Below, one piece after another: positions 1-9,392 of a stretch of 64,000 nucleotides of DNA. Made by a program: the position numbers and the translations under genes. Within the stretch, counting starts at the first letter, position 1. Each line of letters starts with the position of its first letter. This DNA is from Eubacteriales bacterium (GTDB lineage: Bacteria; Bacillota; Clostridia; Lachnospirales; Lachnospiraceae): assembly GCA_030533405.1 (NCBI GenBank), contig JAUNJF010000002.1, positions 9,339 through 73,338 on the forward strand, read 5' to 3'. The notes beneath the pieces are model-generated. The model did not search any database. It saw only the letters and a program-made list of their open reading frames with translations, and was not told the origin of the DNA.

Positions 1-780
1 AGCTGTATCCTTATCTGCTGCCACTCCACTAACAAGCATCTTTTCCATCTTTGCATCCTCCTTAACAACGGTACCTTCTGAAGTATTAAGACTCGAACGA
101 ACAACCAACTGTACGCCCTGTTTTTTTGCAAGCTCTACGGAGCGATTGTGTAATACACCTGCACCAAGCGTTGCAAGCTCTAACATTTCATCATATGTAA
201 TCTGATCTAATTTTCTAGCAGTTGGAACTTTACGTGGATCAGCTGTGTAAACACCATCAACATCTGTATAAATCTCACACGCATCTGCATTCAATGCTGC
301 AGCAAGCGCTACCGCTGTCGTATCCGAACCACCACGACCCAATGTAGTATAGTCATCGTATTTATTAATTCCCTGGAATCCTGTTACAATGACAATCTTT
401 CTCTGATCTAATTCATGACGAATTCGCTCGCTATCAATTCTCTTGATACGCGCATTGCCATATACAGATGTTGTATGCATTGCCACCTGAAATGCATTCA
501 AAGAAACAGCCGGAACACCTAAATTGTTCATAACCATTCCCATTAACGCTACTGACATTTGCTCACCAATTGTATAAAGCATATCCATCTCACGCTTTGG
601 TGGATTAGGATTCATGTCTTTTGCCATATCAATCAATTCATCGGTATATTTACCCATCGCCGACAAAACAACCACCACATCATTGCCTTTTTTGTAGTCC
701 TCAATACATCTGTTTGCTACATTATACATTCTTTCCTTGTTCGCAACAGAGGTACCACCAAACTTCTTTACAATTAACAT
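1..780 (-). CDS. aspartate kinase, N-terminal ~260 codons (3' end lies beyond the window edge)
   Basis: Missing from the ORF track because it is open at the window edge. The reverse complement from the ATG at 780-778 reads MLIVKKFGGTSVANKERMYNVANRCIEDYKKGNDVVVVLSAMGKYTDELIDMAKD..., which carries the aspartokinase KFGGTS motif. A GGAGGA RBS lies at 791-796. Confidence 0.85.
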   Translation of the reverse strand, partial: MLIVKKFGGTSVANKERMYNVANRCIEDYKKGNDVVVVLSAMGKYTDELIDMAKDMNPNPPKREMDMLYTIGEQMSVALMGMVMNNLGVPAVSLNAFQVAMHTTSVYGNARIKRIDSERIRHELDQRKIVIVTGFQGINKYDDYTTLGRGGSDTTAVALAAALNADACEIYTDVDGVYTADPRKVPTARKLDQITYDEMLELATLGAGVLHNRSVELAKKQGVQLVVRSSLNTSEGTVVKEDAKMEKMLVSGVAADKDTA

Positions 781-836
781 TTGATTCGTTTCCTCCTACT
801 TGTTAAAGTCACCCAGCACAGGTTCCTACTTTTATT

Positions 837-2054
837 TTATAAATCCACACGAATTACGTTACATACCTGATCAAACTTTTTAATTTTTTCTGCAAAATCG
901 CCCTCTTTAATTGGCTTTGTTACAAATGCAAGTTCTCCATCAACACCCTTTGCTCTTACATATAAAACATCACCAAAAGTTTCCTTGATCACAAACTCAT
1001 CTAACGTGTCATCATCCTTCATACGAACAAAGAACTTATTTTCACACTCTTCAAACACACCAAGCTTTGTTTTTCTCTCTTCCCAAATTGTCATAATGTT
1101 TGTTCCCATATGCTTTACAGCATCTACAACATCTGACACGACCGCACTGGCAGTTGGTAACTTACCAGCTCCACGACCATAAAACATGACATCATCTAAT
1201 ACATTACCATGTACAAAAATACCATTAAATACACCATTTACACCAATCAACGGATGCTTTTCACCAATTATAAAAGGCGCAACCATTGAGTAAAATGTAT
1301 CATTTACCTTTGTGCTTCTACCTAATAATTTAATTGATGCATTCAACTCTTTTGCATACTTCATATCAACATCTGTAATTTTAGTGATTCCCTCTGTATG
1401 AATATCTTCGTAATCAACCTGCGCACCAGCAACCAACGAAGTAAGAATTGCAATCTTACGACATGCATCATATCCTTCTACGTCAGCTTCAGGATTACGC
1501 TCTGCGTATCCCTTATCCTGTGCCTTTTTCAACACATCGTCAAAAGCGTATCCTTTTTGTGCCATTTCAGTCAAAATATAATTGGTTGTACCATTCAAGA
1601 TACCTGTAATCTCTGTAATTTCATCTGCTGTAAGCGAACTGTTTAACGGACGAATAATCGGAATTCCGCCACCTACAGAAGCCTCAAACAGATAATTTAA
1701 CTTCTTCTCTTTTGCAATTGCCAAAAGTTCTGCACCATGTTTTGCAACCAACTCTTTATTGGACGTACAAACACTCTTTCCGGCAAGAAGCGCTTTCTTA
1801 GAAAATGTATATGCTGGCTCAACACCACCCATAACCTCAACAATAATATCCACTTCTGGATCATTTAAGATAATATCAAAGTCATGTACTAATATCTTCT
1901 GAACTGGATCTCCTTCAAAATCACGCAAATCCAAAACATATTTTACATTAATATCCTTTCCTGCTCTTTTATTGATACTCTCATGATTCGTATTGATTAC
2001 CTCAACAACACCTGAACCAACTGTACCATAACCTAACACTGCTATATTAGCCAT
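837..2054 (-). CDS. hom: homoserine dehydrogenase
   Basis: The track ORF is 837-2078. It has the N-terminal Rossmann motif VLGYGTVGSG and a C-terminal ACT-like region. I moved the start to the ATG at 2054 (MANIAVLGYG), which is preceded by AGGAGGC at 2059-2066. Confidence 0.9.
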   Translation of the reverse strand: MANIAVLGYGTVGSGVVEVINTNHESINKRAGKDINVKYVLDLRDFEGDPVQKILVHDFDIILNDPEVDIIVEVMGGVEPAYTFSKKALLAGKSVCTSNKELVAKHGAELLAIAKEKKLNYLFEASVGGGIPIIRPLNSSLTADEITEITGILNGTTNYILTEMAQKGYAFDDVLKKAQDKGYAERNPEADVEGYDACRKIAILTSLVAGAQVDYEDIHTEGITKITDVDMKYAKELNASIKLLGRSTKVNDTFYSMVAPFIIGEKHPLIGVNGVFNGIFVHGNVLDDVMFYGRGAGKLPTASAVVSDVVDAVKHMGTNIMTIWEERKTKLGVFEECENKFFVRMKDDDTLDEFVIKETFGDVLYVRAKGVDGELAFVTKPIKEGDFAEKIKKFDQVCNVIRVDL

Positions 2055-2093
2055 AACTGCCTCCTTATTCTTATGCATTCTAAAATGCCTCTT

Positions 2094-2558
2094 TTACTGT
2101 TGATTTTCAACAAACTTATTTAATTTGTCTGTCATTTCCTGTGATAAAATACGATTCACATCAATCGCAAGCACAATATCATTGCCTACTCGTAAAATAC
2201 GATCCAAAAATGTTGTCTCTTGATTTGATGCGACATCTGGCATTTTTACAATTTTATCTGCTTCCATCTGCTCAATACCCAAAACCACGTCCACTTCATA
2301 CGCAATCACAGTACCAGCACTTAACGTTACCAAAAGACTTTTTTCAGTTCCCTTTGACTGTTCACTCATTTTAAACCTTTTTTTCAAACTATAAACAGGG
2401 ATAACGGTTCCACGAAGATTGATAATTCCATCTACGCATTCCGGAGCATTTGGCACTGGTATAATCCGATAGTCTTTTTCAATGCCACTTACACATGATA
2501 AATTCATTCCATATTTTTCCTGTCCGAGTTGAAAAACAATATACTTCATTTCTTCCAT
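2094..2558 (-). CDS. cheW: CheW-like chemotaxis coupling protein
   Basis: This 154-aa single-domain protein reads YIVFQLGQEKYGMNL...IINLRGTVIPVYSLKKRF, the typical CheW pattern. No other che genes lie nearby. Confidence 0.8.
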   Translation of the reverse strand: MEEMKYIVFQLGQEKYGMNLSCVSGIEKDYRIIPVPNAPECVDGIINLRGTVIPVYSLKKRFKMSEQSKGTEKSLLVTLSAGTVIAYEVDVVLGIEQMEADKIVKMPDVASNQETTFLDRILRVGNDIVLAIDVNRILSQEMTDKLNKFVENQQ

Positions 2559-2562
2559 ATGC

Positions 2563-3679
2563 CTAATCCTCCTTATTTAAACTTACCCACTTTAAATACG
2601 CATTCATAAACGGATCTACATTTCCATCCAACACGCCACCCACATTACTAATCTCTTCATTTGTACGATGATCTTTTACCATCGTATATGGTTGCATAAC
2701 ATAGGAACGAATCTGTGCACCAAATCCATTCTCCGTCACCTCACCACGTATATCATTTAATTTTTCCTGATTCTTCTGTTGCTCTAGCACATACAACTTT
2801 GACATCAACATTTTCATTGCCTTGTCCTTGTTTTGATGTTGCGAACGTTGATTTTGACATTGTACAACAATGCCTGTCGGAAGATGTGTAATACGAATCG
2901 CAGACGATGTCTTATTAATATGCTGTCCACCCGCACCACTTGATCGATACGTGTCAATTCGTAAATCTTCATCCTTAATATCAATAGAGATATCCTCATC
3001 AATGTCCGGCATCACATCGCAAGAAGAAAATGAAGTTTGTCGTTTACCAGCGGCATTAAACGGCGAAATACGGACTAATCGGTGAACACCCTTTTCTGAT
3101 TTTAAGTATCCATAAGCATTCTCACCATTAATCTGAATCGTTACAGACTTTACACCCGCTTCATCGCCTTCTAAATAATCAAGCACTTCTGTGGTAAATC
3201 CTTTTTTCTCAGCCCAACGAGTGTACATTCTCATTAACATACCCGTCCAGTCGCAGCTTTCTGTTCCTCCAGCTCCAGCATGCAATGTTAAAATCGCATT
3301 ATCCTTATCAAACTCTCCTGATAAAAGAGTTGCAATACGAAGCGTATCAAAATGTTCCTTAAACGCATTCATCAACTCTTCAATCTCTGGCAACAAAGAA
3401 GCATCATCTTCTTCATCCGCCATTTCAATCAAAACACCCAACTCTTCATATTCGTCTGCAACCTGATCAAAAGCTTCTAGTGTATCCTTCAACCCTTTTA
3501 CAGTCTTCATCACTTCATTAGAACGTTCAACATCATTCCAAAAATCAGGAGCCTCCATATCAGCTTCTAACTCTGCTACCTTATCTTTCTTGATAGGGAT
3601 GTCAAAGTGAATCCCTCACTTCCTGTATAGGGCTTTCATATTGAGCAAGCTCTGCTTTATATGCATCGGTCTCTATCAC
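2563..3679 (-). CDS. prfB: peptide chain release factor 2, made by programmed +1 frameshift
   Basis: The track ORF 2563-3558 contains SPF and GGQ (SSGAGGQHINKT). Frame 0 starts at the GTG at 3679 (RBS AAAGAGGTGA), reads VIETDAYKAELAQYESPIQEVRDSL and stops at the TGA at 3604-3602. Shifting +1 at CTT TGA C continues DIPIKKDKVAELEADMEAPDFWND into the main ORF. Confidence 0.93.
3601..3607 (-). promoter_or_regulatory. RF2 autoregulatory +1 frameshift site CUU UGA C
   Basis: The minus strand reads GAAGTGAGGGATTCA CTT TGA C. This is the canonical slippery CUU, an in-frame UGA followed by C, and an upstream SD-like GGAAGTGAGGGA. Confidence 0.9.
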
Positions 3680-3740
3680 AGAATCACCTCTTTCTATTTG
3701 ATATTACATCAAAAAACATCATTTATTGTAAATGAATTCC

Positions 3741-6314
3741 TTATTCATTCTTTCCACAACACTGCTTATATTTCAAGCCTGAACCACATGGACACATATC
3801 ATTACGTCCAATCTTTGCTGTCTTACGTTTAATTGGTGCTTTCACAGATGTATCATCCTTATTGGTTCCTGTTACTTTGGCAACCTCTTCTCTTTCAACC
3901 TTCTGTTCCACACGAATATGCATCATTGCCTTTACTGTTTCCTGACGAATGGATGCTGTCATATCATTAAACATATCATATCCAGCAAACTTATACTCTA
4001 CAAGCGGATCACGCTGACCATATGCACGAAGTCCAATACTTTGACGCATCTGATCCATATCATCAATATGATCCATCCATTTACGATCAATTACCTTTAA
4101 TAAAATAACACGCTCTGCTTCTCGAACCATTTCTGCTTCTGGGAACTCTGTTTCCTTTTCCTCGTATAATTTTACACAAGTTTCCTTAATCTGCTGAATC
4201 AACTCTTTCTTCTGAATATGATCAAGTTCATCCTCTGTAAACTGAATTTCTGGGATTGGGAATACATCTAAAAGTTCGCGGTTAAATTCATTCATATCCC
4301 ATTCTGCTGGTTCTAAATCCTCTAAAATATTACGATTCACAATTTCTTCAACCGTTTCACTAATCATGTTCATGATTACATCACGCATATTTTCTCCATC
4401 CAATACACGACGACGTTCTTTGTAAATAACCTCTCTCTGATCGTTATTCACCTGATCATAATCTAACAAATTCTTACGAATTCCAAAGTTATTATTCTCA
4501 ATCTTCTTCTGCGCTTTCTCAATGAAATGTGTAATTGTCTTGTGCTTGATTTCTTCTCCCTCTGGGATATTCAAGCTTTGATACATTGTCATAACACGCT
4601 CCGAACCAAACAATCTCATCAAATCATCTTCCAAAGAAAGATAGAACTTAGACTGACCTGGATCTCCCTGACGACCAGCACGTCCTCGTAACTGATTATC
4701 AATACGACGAGACTCATGACGCTCTGTACCAATAATACGCAAACCGCCTAATTCCTTTACGCCTTCTCCAAGCTTGATATCTGTACCACGACCAGCCATG
4801 TTTGTTGCAATGGTTACTGCATTCATTTGTCCAGCATCCGCAACGATTTCTGCCTCCATCTCATGGAACTTTGCATTCAAAACTTTATGTGGAATATGTT
4901 TCTTTGTCAAAAGACGACTTACTTCCTCAGAAGAATCAATTGTAATGGTACCAACCAATACCGGCTGACCCTTACGGAAACATTCATTAATATCCTCAAC
5001 AATCGCATCCAACTTTTCCTTTTTGGTACAGAAAATAGAGTCATCCTCATCAATTCTTGCAATCGGAAGGTTTGTTGGAACCTCTACAACGTCCATTCCA
5101 TAAATCTCACGGAACTCGTTCTCCTCTGTAAGTGCAGTACCTGTCATACCCGCCTTCTTATTATACTTATTAAAGAAATTCTGGAATGTAATGGTTGCTA
5201 ATGTCTTGCTTTCACGACGAACCTTTACATTTTCTTTTGCTTCAATCGCCTGATGCAAACCATCTGAGAAACGTCTTCCAGGCATTACACGTCCTGTGAA
5301 CTCATCAACGATTAATACTTCTTCATCTTTTACAATATAATCTTTATCCTTAAACATTAAGTTGTGTGCACGAAGCGCTAAAATAATATTATGCTGAATC
5401 TCTAGATTCTCTGTATCTGCCAAATTCTCAATATGGAAGAACGACTCTACTTCTTTCACACCCTGTGCAGTCAGCATAATCTGTTTATCTTTTTCATTTA
5501 CAAGGAAATCTCCATCTTCCTCAATATCAACACCCATAATGGCATCCATCTTTGAAAGTTCACCATCACCTTGTCCACGCTTCATCCTTCTAGCTAGCAA
5601 ATCACACATTCTATATAATTCTGTTGACTTTCCACTTTGTCCAGAAATAATAAGTGGGGTTCTAGCCTCATCAATCAATACAGAGTCAACCTCATCCACG
5701 ATTGCATAATGCAAATCTCTCTGAACAAGCTGCTCCTTATAAATAACCATATTATCTCTTAAGTAATCAAAACCAAGTTCATTATTTGTCACATAGGTAA
5801 TGTCGCAATTATATGCTTCTCTTCTCTGATCATTCTCATAGCTATTCAAAATAACACCGACTTTAAGGCCTAAAAATTCATGAATCTGACCCATCCATTC
5901 AGCATCACGCTTTGCCAAATAATCATTGACTGTAACAACATGAACACCTTTTCCCTCCAAGGCATTCAAATAAGCAGGAAGTGTTGAAACCAAAGTCTTT
6001 CCTTCACCTGTTCTCATCTCTGGAATTCTTCCCTGGTGAAGCAAAATACCACCCATAATCTGCACTGGATAATGTTTCATTCCCAACACACGATATGCAG
6101 CTTCTCTAACAGTTGCATATGCCTCCACCAACAAATCATCCAAGGTTTCACCCTGCTCTAATCGATTCTTAAATTCTATTGTTTTACCCTTCAGTTCTTC
6201 ATCGCTTAATGCCTGCATCGACTCATCCAAAGCGACAATTTTCTCAACCAATGGTGTAATTCTCTTAATCTCTTTCTCACTATGTGTTCCAAATACTTTT
6301 TCAAAAATACTCAT
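3741..6314 (-). CDS. secA: preprotein translocase ATPase SecA
   Basis: It is 857 aa with DEAD-like motor motifs ([37 protein letters not shown]) and a C-terminal zinc finger ([14 protein letters not shown]). Confidence 0.97.
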   Translation of the reverse strand: MSIFEKVFGTHSEKEIKRITPLVEKIVALDESMQALSDEELKGKTIEFKNRLEQGETLDDLLVEAYATVREAAYRVLGMKHYPVQIMGGILLHQGRIPEMRTGEGKTLVSTLPAYLNALEGKGVHVVTVNDYLAKRDAEWMGQIHEFLGLKVGVILNSYENDQRREAYNCDITYVTNNELGFDYLRDNMVIYKEQLVQRDLHYAIVDEVDSVLIDEARTPLIISGQSGKSTELYRMCDLLARRMKRGQGDGELSKMDAIMGVDIEEDGDFLVNEKDKQIMLTAQGVKEVESFFHIENLADTENLEIQHNIILALRAHNLMFKDKDYIVKDEEVLIVDEFTGRVMPGRRFSDGLHQAIEAKENVKVRRESKTLATITFQNFFNKYNKKAGMTGTALTEENEFREIYGMDVVEVPTNLPIARIDEDDSIFCTKKEKLDAIVEDINECFRKGQPVLVGTITIDSSEEVSRLLTKKHIPHKVLNAKFHEMEAEIVADAGQMNAVTIATNMAGRGTDIKLGEGVKELGGLRIIGTERHESRRIDNQLRGRAGRQGDPGQSKFYLSLEDDLMRLFGSERVMTMYQSLNIPEGEEIKHKTITHFIEKAQKKIENNNFGIRKNLLDYDQVNNDQREVIYKERRRVLDGENMRDVIMNMISETVEEIVNRNILEDLEPAEWDMNEFNRELLDVFPIPEIQFTEDELDHIQKKELIQQIKETCVKLYEEKETEFPEAEMVREAERVILLKVIDRKWMDHIDDMDQMRQSIGLRAYGQRDPLVEYKFAGYDMFNDMTASIRQETVKAMMHIRVEQKVEREEVAKVTGTNKDDTSVKAPIKRKTAKIGRNDMCPCGSGLKYKQCCGKNE

Positions 6315-6374
6315 TTTGTCTTGACACTCCTATTACTTATAGATAATCATACTTGGTGTCATTCTAACATCATT

Positions 6375-6413
6375 TATCTCAAAAGTAAAGGGCTGTCCGA
6401 AGACAGCCCTTAC
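6375..6413 (-). terminator. rho-independent terminator after hpf
   Basis: The minus strand reads AAGGGCTGTC TTCG GACAGCCCTT followed by TACTTTTGAG. That is a GC-rich 9-10 bp stem with a tetraloop. Confidence 0.75.
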
Positions 6414-6432
6414 AATCATATAAAATACAATA

Positions 6433-6960
6433 TTAACATTCTGGTTCAATCAAACCATATGTATTTCCTTTTCTCTTATATACCACATTCACTTCATCTG
6501 TTTCTGAATTACGGAATACAAAGAAATTATGTCCTAATAAATCCATCTGTACACATGCTTCTTCAGGATCCATTGGTTTCACCGCAAACTTCTTTGTTCG
6601 AATAATACGAATCTCTTCATCATCCGGAATATCCTCTTCCATGAAAGTCTTCTGGAAGAATGCTGCACTCTGTGCCTGATCTACCAATTTTTTCTTATGT
6701 CTGGAAATCTGACGTTCAATTACCTCTGTTGCCAAATCGATTGACACATACATATCATCACTAACCTGCTCTGCACGAATGATATTACCTTTAATAGGAA
6801 TTGTAACCTCTATCTTTTGTCTCTCTTTTTCTACCGAAAATGTAACCTGTACTTCCGTATCTTCATTAAAATACTTCTCAAGTCTATCAAGCTTGTCGTA
6901 TACCGCAGTCTTTAACCCCTCTGTAACCTCAATATTCTTACCACTAATAATGTACTTCAT
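6433..6960 (-). CDS. hpf: ribosome hibernation promoting factor, long form
   Basis: The track ORF is 6433-6993. It has an N-terminal S30AE/YfiA domain (ISGKNIEVTEGLK...) and a C-terminal dimerisation domain (KTKRFAVKPMDPEEA). The start is placed at MKYIISG (ATG at 6960) because AAGGAG lies 9 nt upstream. The hpf-secA-prfB order matches Bacillus. Confidence 0.9.
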   Translation of the reverse strand: MKYIISGKNIEVTEGLKTAVYDKLDRLEKYFNEDTEVQVTFSVEKERQKIEVTIPIKGNIIRAEQVSDDMYVSIDLATEVIERQISRHKKKLVDQAQSAAFFQKTFMEEDIPDDEEIRIIRTKKFAVKPMDPEEACVQMDLLGHNFFVFRNSETDEVNVVYKRKGNTYGLIEPEC

Positions 6961-7125
6961 ATCTGTCAACTCCTTCTCTGTCATATTATACAAGCCATAT
7001 CAATGGATTGTATGCCTAAAAAGCTGTTTTTAGGTCTTTCAATCAGCCTCTCCACTAATCTCCCACAAAAGGCTTATTATCACAGAACCTACCTGCACCT
7101 TCCGTATCAACTGATTGTTAGATTC

Positions 7126-7153
7126 ATTATACCACATTTTGCATATTTTTCAA
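7126..7153 (-). promoter_or_regulatory. candidate sigma-A promoter (hpf leader)
   Basis: The minus strand reads TTGAAA, a 16-nt spacer, then TGG-TATAAT (extended -10). It lies about 165 nt upstream of the hpf start. Confidence 0.45.
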
Positions 7154-7417
7154 TCATTTTCCCAACTTTTTTTGTGGATTTGTAACTAACAAACCACTTT
7201 ATCTTAGCGTGAGTATATTCCCTCCTTGCATCTCATTTTTATTATTTCATTATTCTATTAATTCGCTATAATTTTCCGACAATTCTTTTAGTTTTCTTGC
7301 ACTTTTAGACATTTACAATGTCAACTCTTTTTAAAAATATGTTTTTTTTCGTCATTTTGTACAGAACATTTTTTCGACATTTTCCTACATTTCTAGTACA
7401 AAAAATACTTGCAAACA

Positions 7418-7489
7418 TGTGGATAATGTGGATAACTCTGTGTATAAGTCCATTTTTCAGCTTTTTTTCAACTTTTAAAATGTGTATAA
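7418..7489 (-). promoter_or_regulatory. cluster of four co-oriented DnaA boxes
   Basis: The plus strand has TGTGGATAA at 7418-7426 and again at 7427-7435. Both are perfect complements of TTATCCACA and they abut each other. TGTGTATAA (8/9 match) occurs at 7439-7447 and 7481-7489. A weaker TGTGGATTT lies at 7173-7181. Confidence 0.6.
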
Positions 7490-7635
7490 CCAGATTGCAT
7501 AATCACTTTACATAATAATTTTCTTTTCATTCTTCCGAAAAAGGCTATTTTTTTGTGCAGTTTGACAATTTTATGTTTCAATACAGTTTTTTAAATATTT
7601 CGAAAACTTAATTTAGCATTTACAATTGTGTGTCA

Positions 7636-7672
7636 ACAAAAAAAACCTTTGACACAATCGTATCAAAGGTTT
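7636..7672 (-). terminator. rho-independent terminator after the NlpC/P60 gene
   Basis: The minus strand reads AACCTTTGA TACGATTGTG TCAAAGGTT followed by TTTTTTTTGTT. Confidence 0.8.
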
Positions 7673-7695
7673 TCTATATTATTCATATTGTAAAA

Positions 7696-8796
7696 TCAAT
7701 CCCAAATAATTCTTGCTGCTCCACATGGTGTACGATATCCAATGTTGGATACAATAATACCTGTTCTACTACTACTAGCATGTACAACCTGTCCACCACC
7801 GATATACATGGTTACATGTCCAACGCTACCACTGCCATCACGATAGAATAACAAATCTCCTGGCTGAATGGAATCTAAGCTAACATTTTGCAAGCCAGCC
7901 ATCTGCGCTGCTGCTGTTCTTGGAATACCATAACCAAAATGTGCATATACACTCATTGTAAATCCTGAACAATCTGTTCCATTGGTAAGACTGGTTCCTC
8001 CGTATACATATGGGTTCCCCACAAACTGTAATGCAAAATTAACAACCTCCTGACGCTTTGTACTCGTCATCTCTGCAAGTCTTGCAGCTTCTTCACGTTC
8101 CTTCTGGAGACGAATCTCTTCTTCCTCTGCTACTGAAATCGCGTGTGCAAAACCATATGAAACATCTACATATTCTGAGGAAACATACCCTTCAATATCA
8201 GAATCCACCCTCAAATATGTCCAGCCATCTACATCATCATCTCTGGAAATCACTTCATATGTCTCACCTTCAGGAATCTGTGTTAAACAATCACTGTCCT
8301 CCTTCTGTTCCGCACGAACATTCAAAGTGACTGTATTAACCTTTGCAACCTTAGGGCATGTCTCTTCTGCATAAGCACCTGCTTGATCCCCAAATAAAAG
8401 AAAATCATTTCTTACATATCCCATTGTAATTCCTGATTCAATCTTTGTCCAGGTATCACCCTTTTCAATTACTAAGGCAATTCCGTGAACTGGAAGACTA
8501 CCCACTCGTTCAGATTCCTCATCTGGTTCCTCTCGAACATTCACTGCCTCTTCAACATAAGCAAGACATTTGCCCTCAAACTCAGGATATTTGCAAGTCG
8601 GTGTATTATCCTCTTGCACAACTTCGGACTCTTTCACTTCCTTGATATTCAAACTTGATATATACTGATCTAATGCATAAGTAATGCCTACTGTCGAATC
8701 ATCTAAAATCTCAGCGTTACTCACAAACGATGACCCCATCATGCAAGCTGCGCCCACTACACAAATCATACTTTTTAAAATGGTATCTTTTCTCAC
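7696..8796 (-). CDS. secreted peptidoglycan endopeptidase (two SH3b-like domains, coiled-coil linker, C-terminal NlpC/P60 domain)
   Basis: It has a signal peptide (MICVVGAACMMGSSFVSNA), SH3b-like segments (VNVREEPDEESERVG..., LNVRAEQKEDSD...) and an NlpC/P60 core with the catalytic Cys in GTDCSGF and His in VGHVTMYIG. Confidence 0.88.
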   Translation of the reverse strand: MRKDTILKSMICVVGAACMMGSSFVSNAEILDDSTVGITYALDQYISSLNIKEVKESEVVQEDNTPTCKYPEFEGKCLAYVEEAVNVREEPDEESERVGSLPVHGIALVIEKGDTWTKIESGITMGYVRNDFLLFGDQAGAYAEETCPKVAKVNTVTLNVRAEQKEDSDCLTQIPEGETYEVISRDDDVDGWTYLRVDSDIEGYVSSEYVDVSYGFAHAISVAEEEEIRLQKEREEAARLAEMTSTKRQEVVNFALQFVGNPYVYGGTSLTNGTDCSGFTMSVYAHFGYGIPRTAAAQMAGLQNVSLDSIQPGDLLFYRDGSGSVGHVTMYIGGGQVVHASSSRTGIIVSNIGYRTPCGAARIIWD

Positions 8797-8867
8797 AATA
8801 AACCTCCTTTTATTCCTTATCTAAAGTTACTTGTAAAAAAGACATACTACTACTTATAATTGATGAA

Positions 8868-8896
8868 ATTATAACAAAGCAAGTATTACTTGTCAA
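8868..8896 (-). promoter_or_regulatory. sigma-A promoter of the NlpC/P60 gene
   Basis: The minus strand reads TTGACA, a 17-nt spacer, then TATAAT. Both hexamers match the consensus perfectly. Confidence 0.65.
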
Positions 8897-8904
8897 TAAT
8901 CGAT

Positions 8905-8954
8905 AAAAACACAAAAGGCTATTATTGAGAACTATTCATCCTCAACAATAGCCT
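8905..8954 (-). terminator. rho-independent terminator after the yjfB-like gene
   Basis: The minus strand reads AGGCTATTGTTGAG ... CTCAATAATAGCCT (14-bp stem with one G-U pair) followed by TTTTGTGTTTTTAT. Confidence 0.75.
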
Positions 8955-8984
8955 ATCACTTCCATCATACCATATTCTACCATC

Positions 8985-9170
8985 CTACAATCGAATATCA
9001 ATATTCTGTCCAACCATTGGATTCACCGAGCGTTCCAACATCTTAGTCAACGCTTCCCCATTCTCCTGATCGGTGCTCATCGCCTTGTCTAGCAACGCAA
9101 TTCCAACCGCTGTATTCGTATTGGCATTCGATAACACTGTAGACGATAATCCTAATCCCTGAATCTCCAT
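8985..9170 (-). CDS. YjfB-family putative motility protein
   Basis: This 61-aa protein contains ...NTAVGIALLDKAMSTDQENGEALTKMLERSVNPMVGQNIDIRL. The V-x-LLKKA-xD-x-Q...HLGQNIDI pattern is what I recall for the YjfB_motility family. Confidence 0.6.
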   Translation of the reverse strand: MEIQGLGLSSTVLSNANTNTAVGIALLDKAMSTDQENGEALTKMLERSVNPMVGQNIDIRL

Positions 9171-9392
9171 ACTACTACCCTCTCTCCTAGTTCTGTAACG
9201 ATTACATTTATTATAATATTATGTTTACTAAAAAGCAAGCAGTTTTTTCATCATTTCTACAATTCACGACAAAGAAAGCCTTGATTTTACAACGTTTTTG
9301 CAACTCACAACGACACATTATATCATTTTTACAAAGACCAAACACCTCTATTACGTCAACCTCTTTTTTGTCATAAACACATCTTCTTGTAT

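Noticed and set aside
781-836. A lysine (L-box) riboswitch upstream of aspartate kinase, and a fluoride riboswitch upstream of the ClC gene (25598-25629)
   Set aside because: The upstream gaps are only 56 nt and 32 nt. These are far too short for those aptamers, and no conserved motifs are visible.
7318-7515. The 65-aa plus-strand ORF inside the long intergenic region, and short minus-strand ORFs of 19-24 aa there
   Set aside because: None has a usable RBS at proper spacing. The composition is Phe/Ile/Leu-rich, as expected from random AT-rich sequence. The plus-strand ORF overlaps the DnaA boxes.
6994-7695. The DnaA-box cluster as the chromosomal replication origin
   Set aside because: There is no dnaA, dnaN or rpmH nearby. 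Gene orientation does not switch across the region (minus strand on both sides). I could not find a DnaA-trio or a clear DUE pattern next to the boxes. I kept it as an extra-origin DnaA-box cluster instead.
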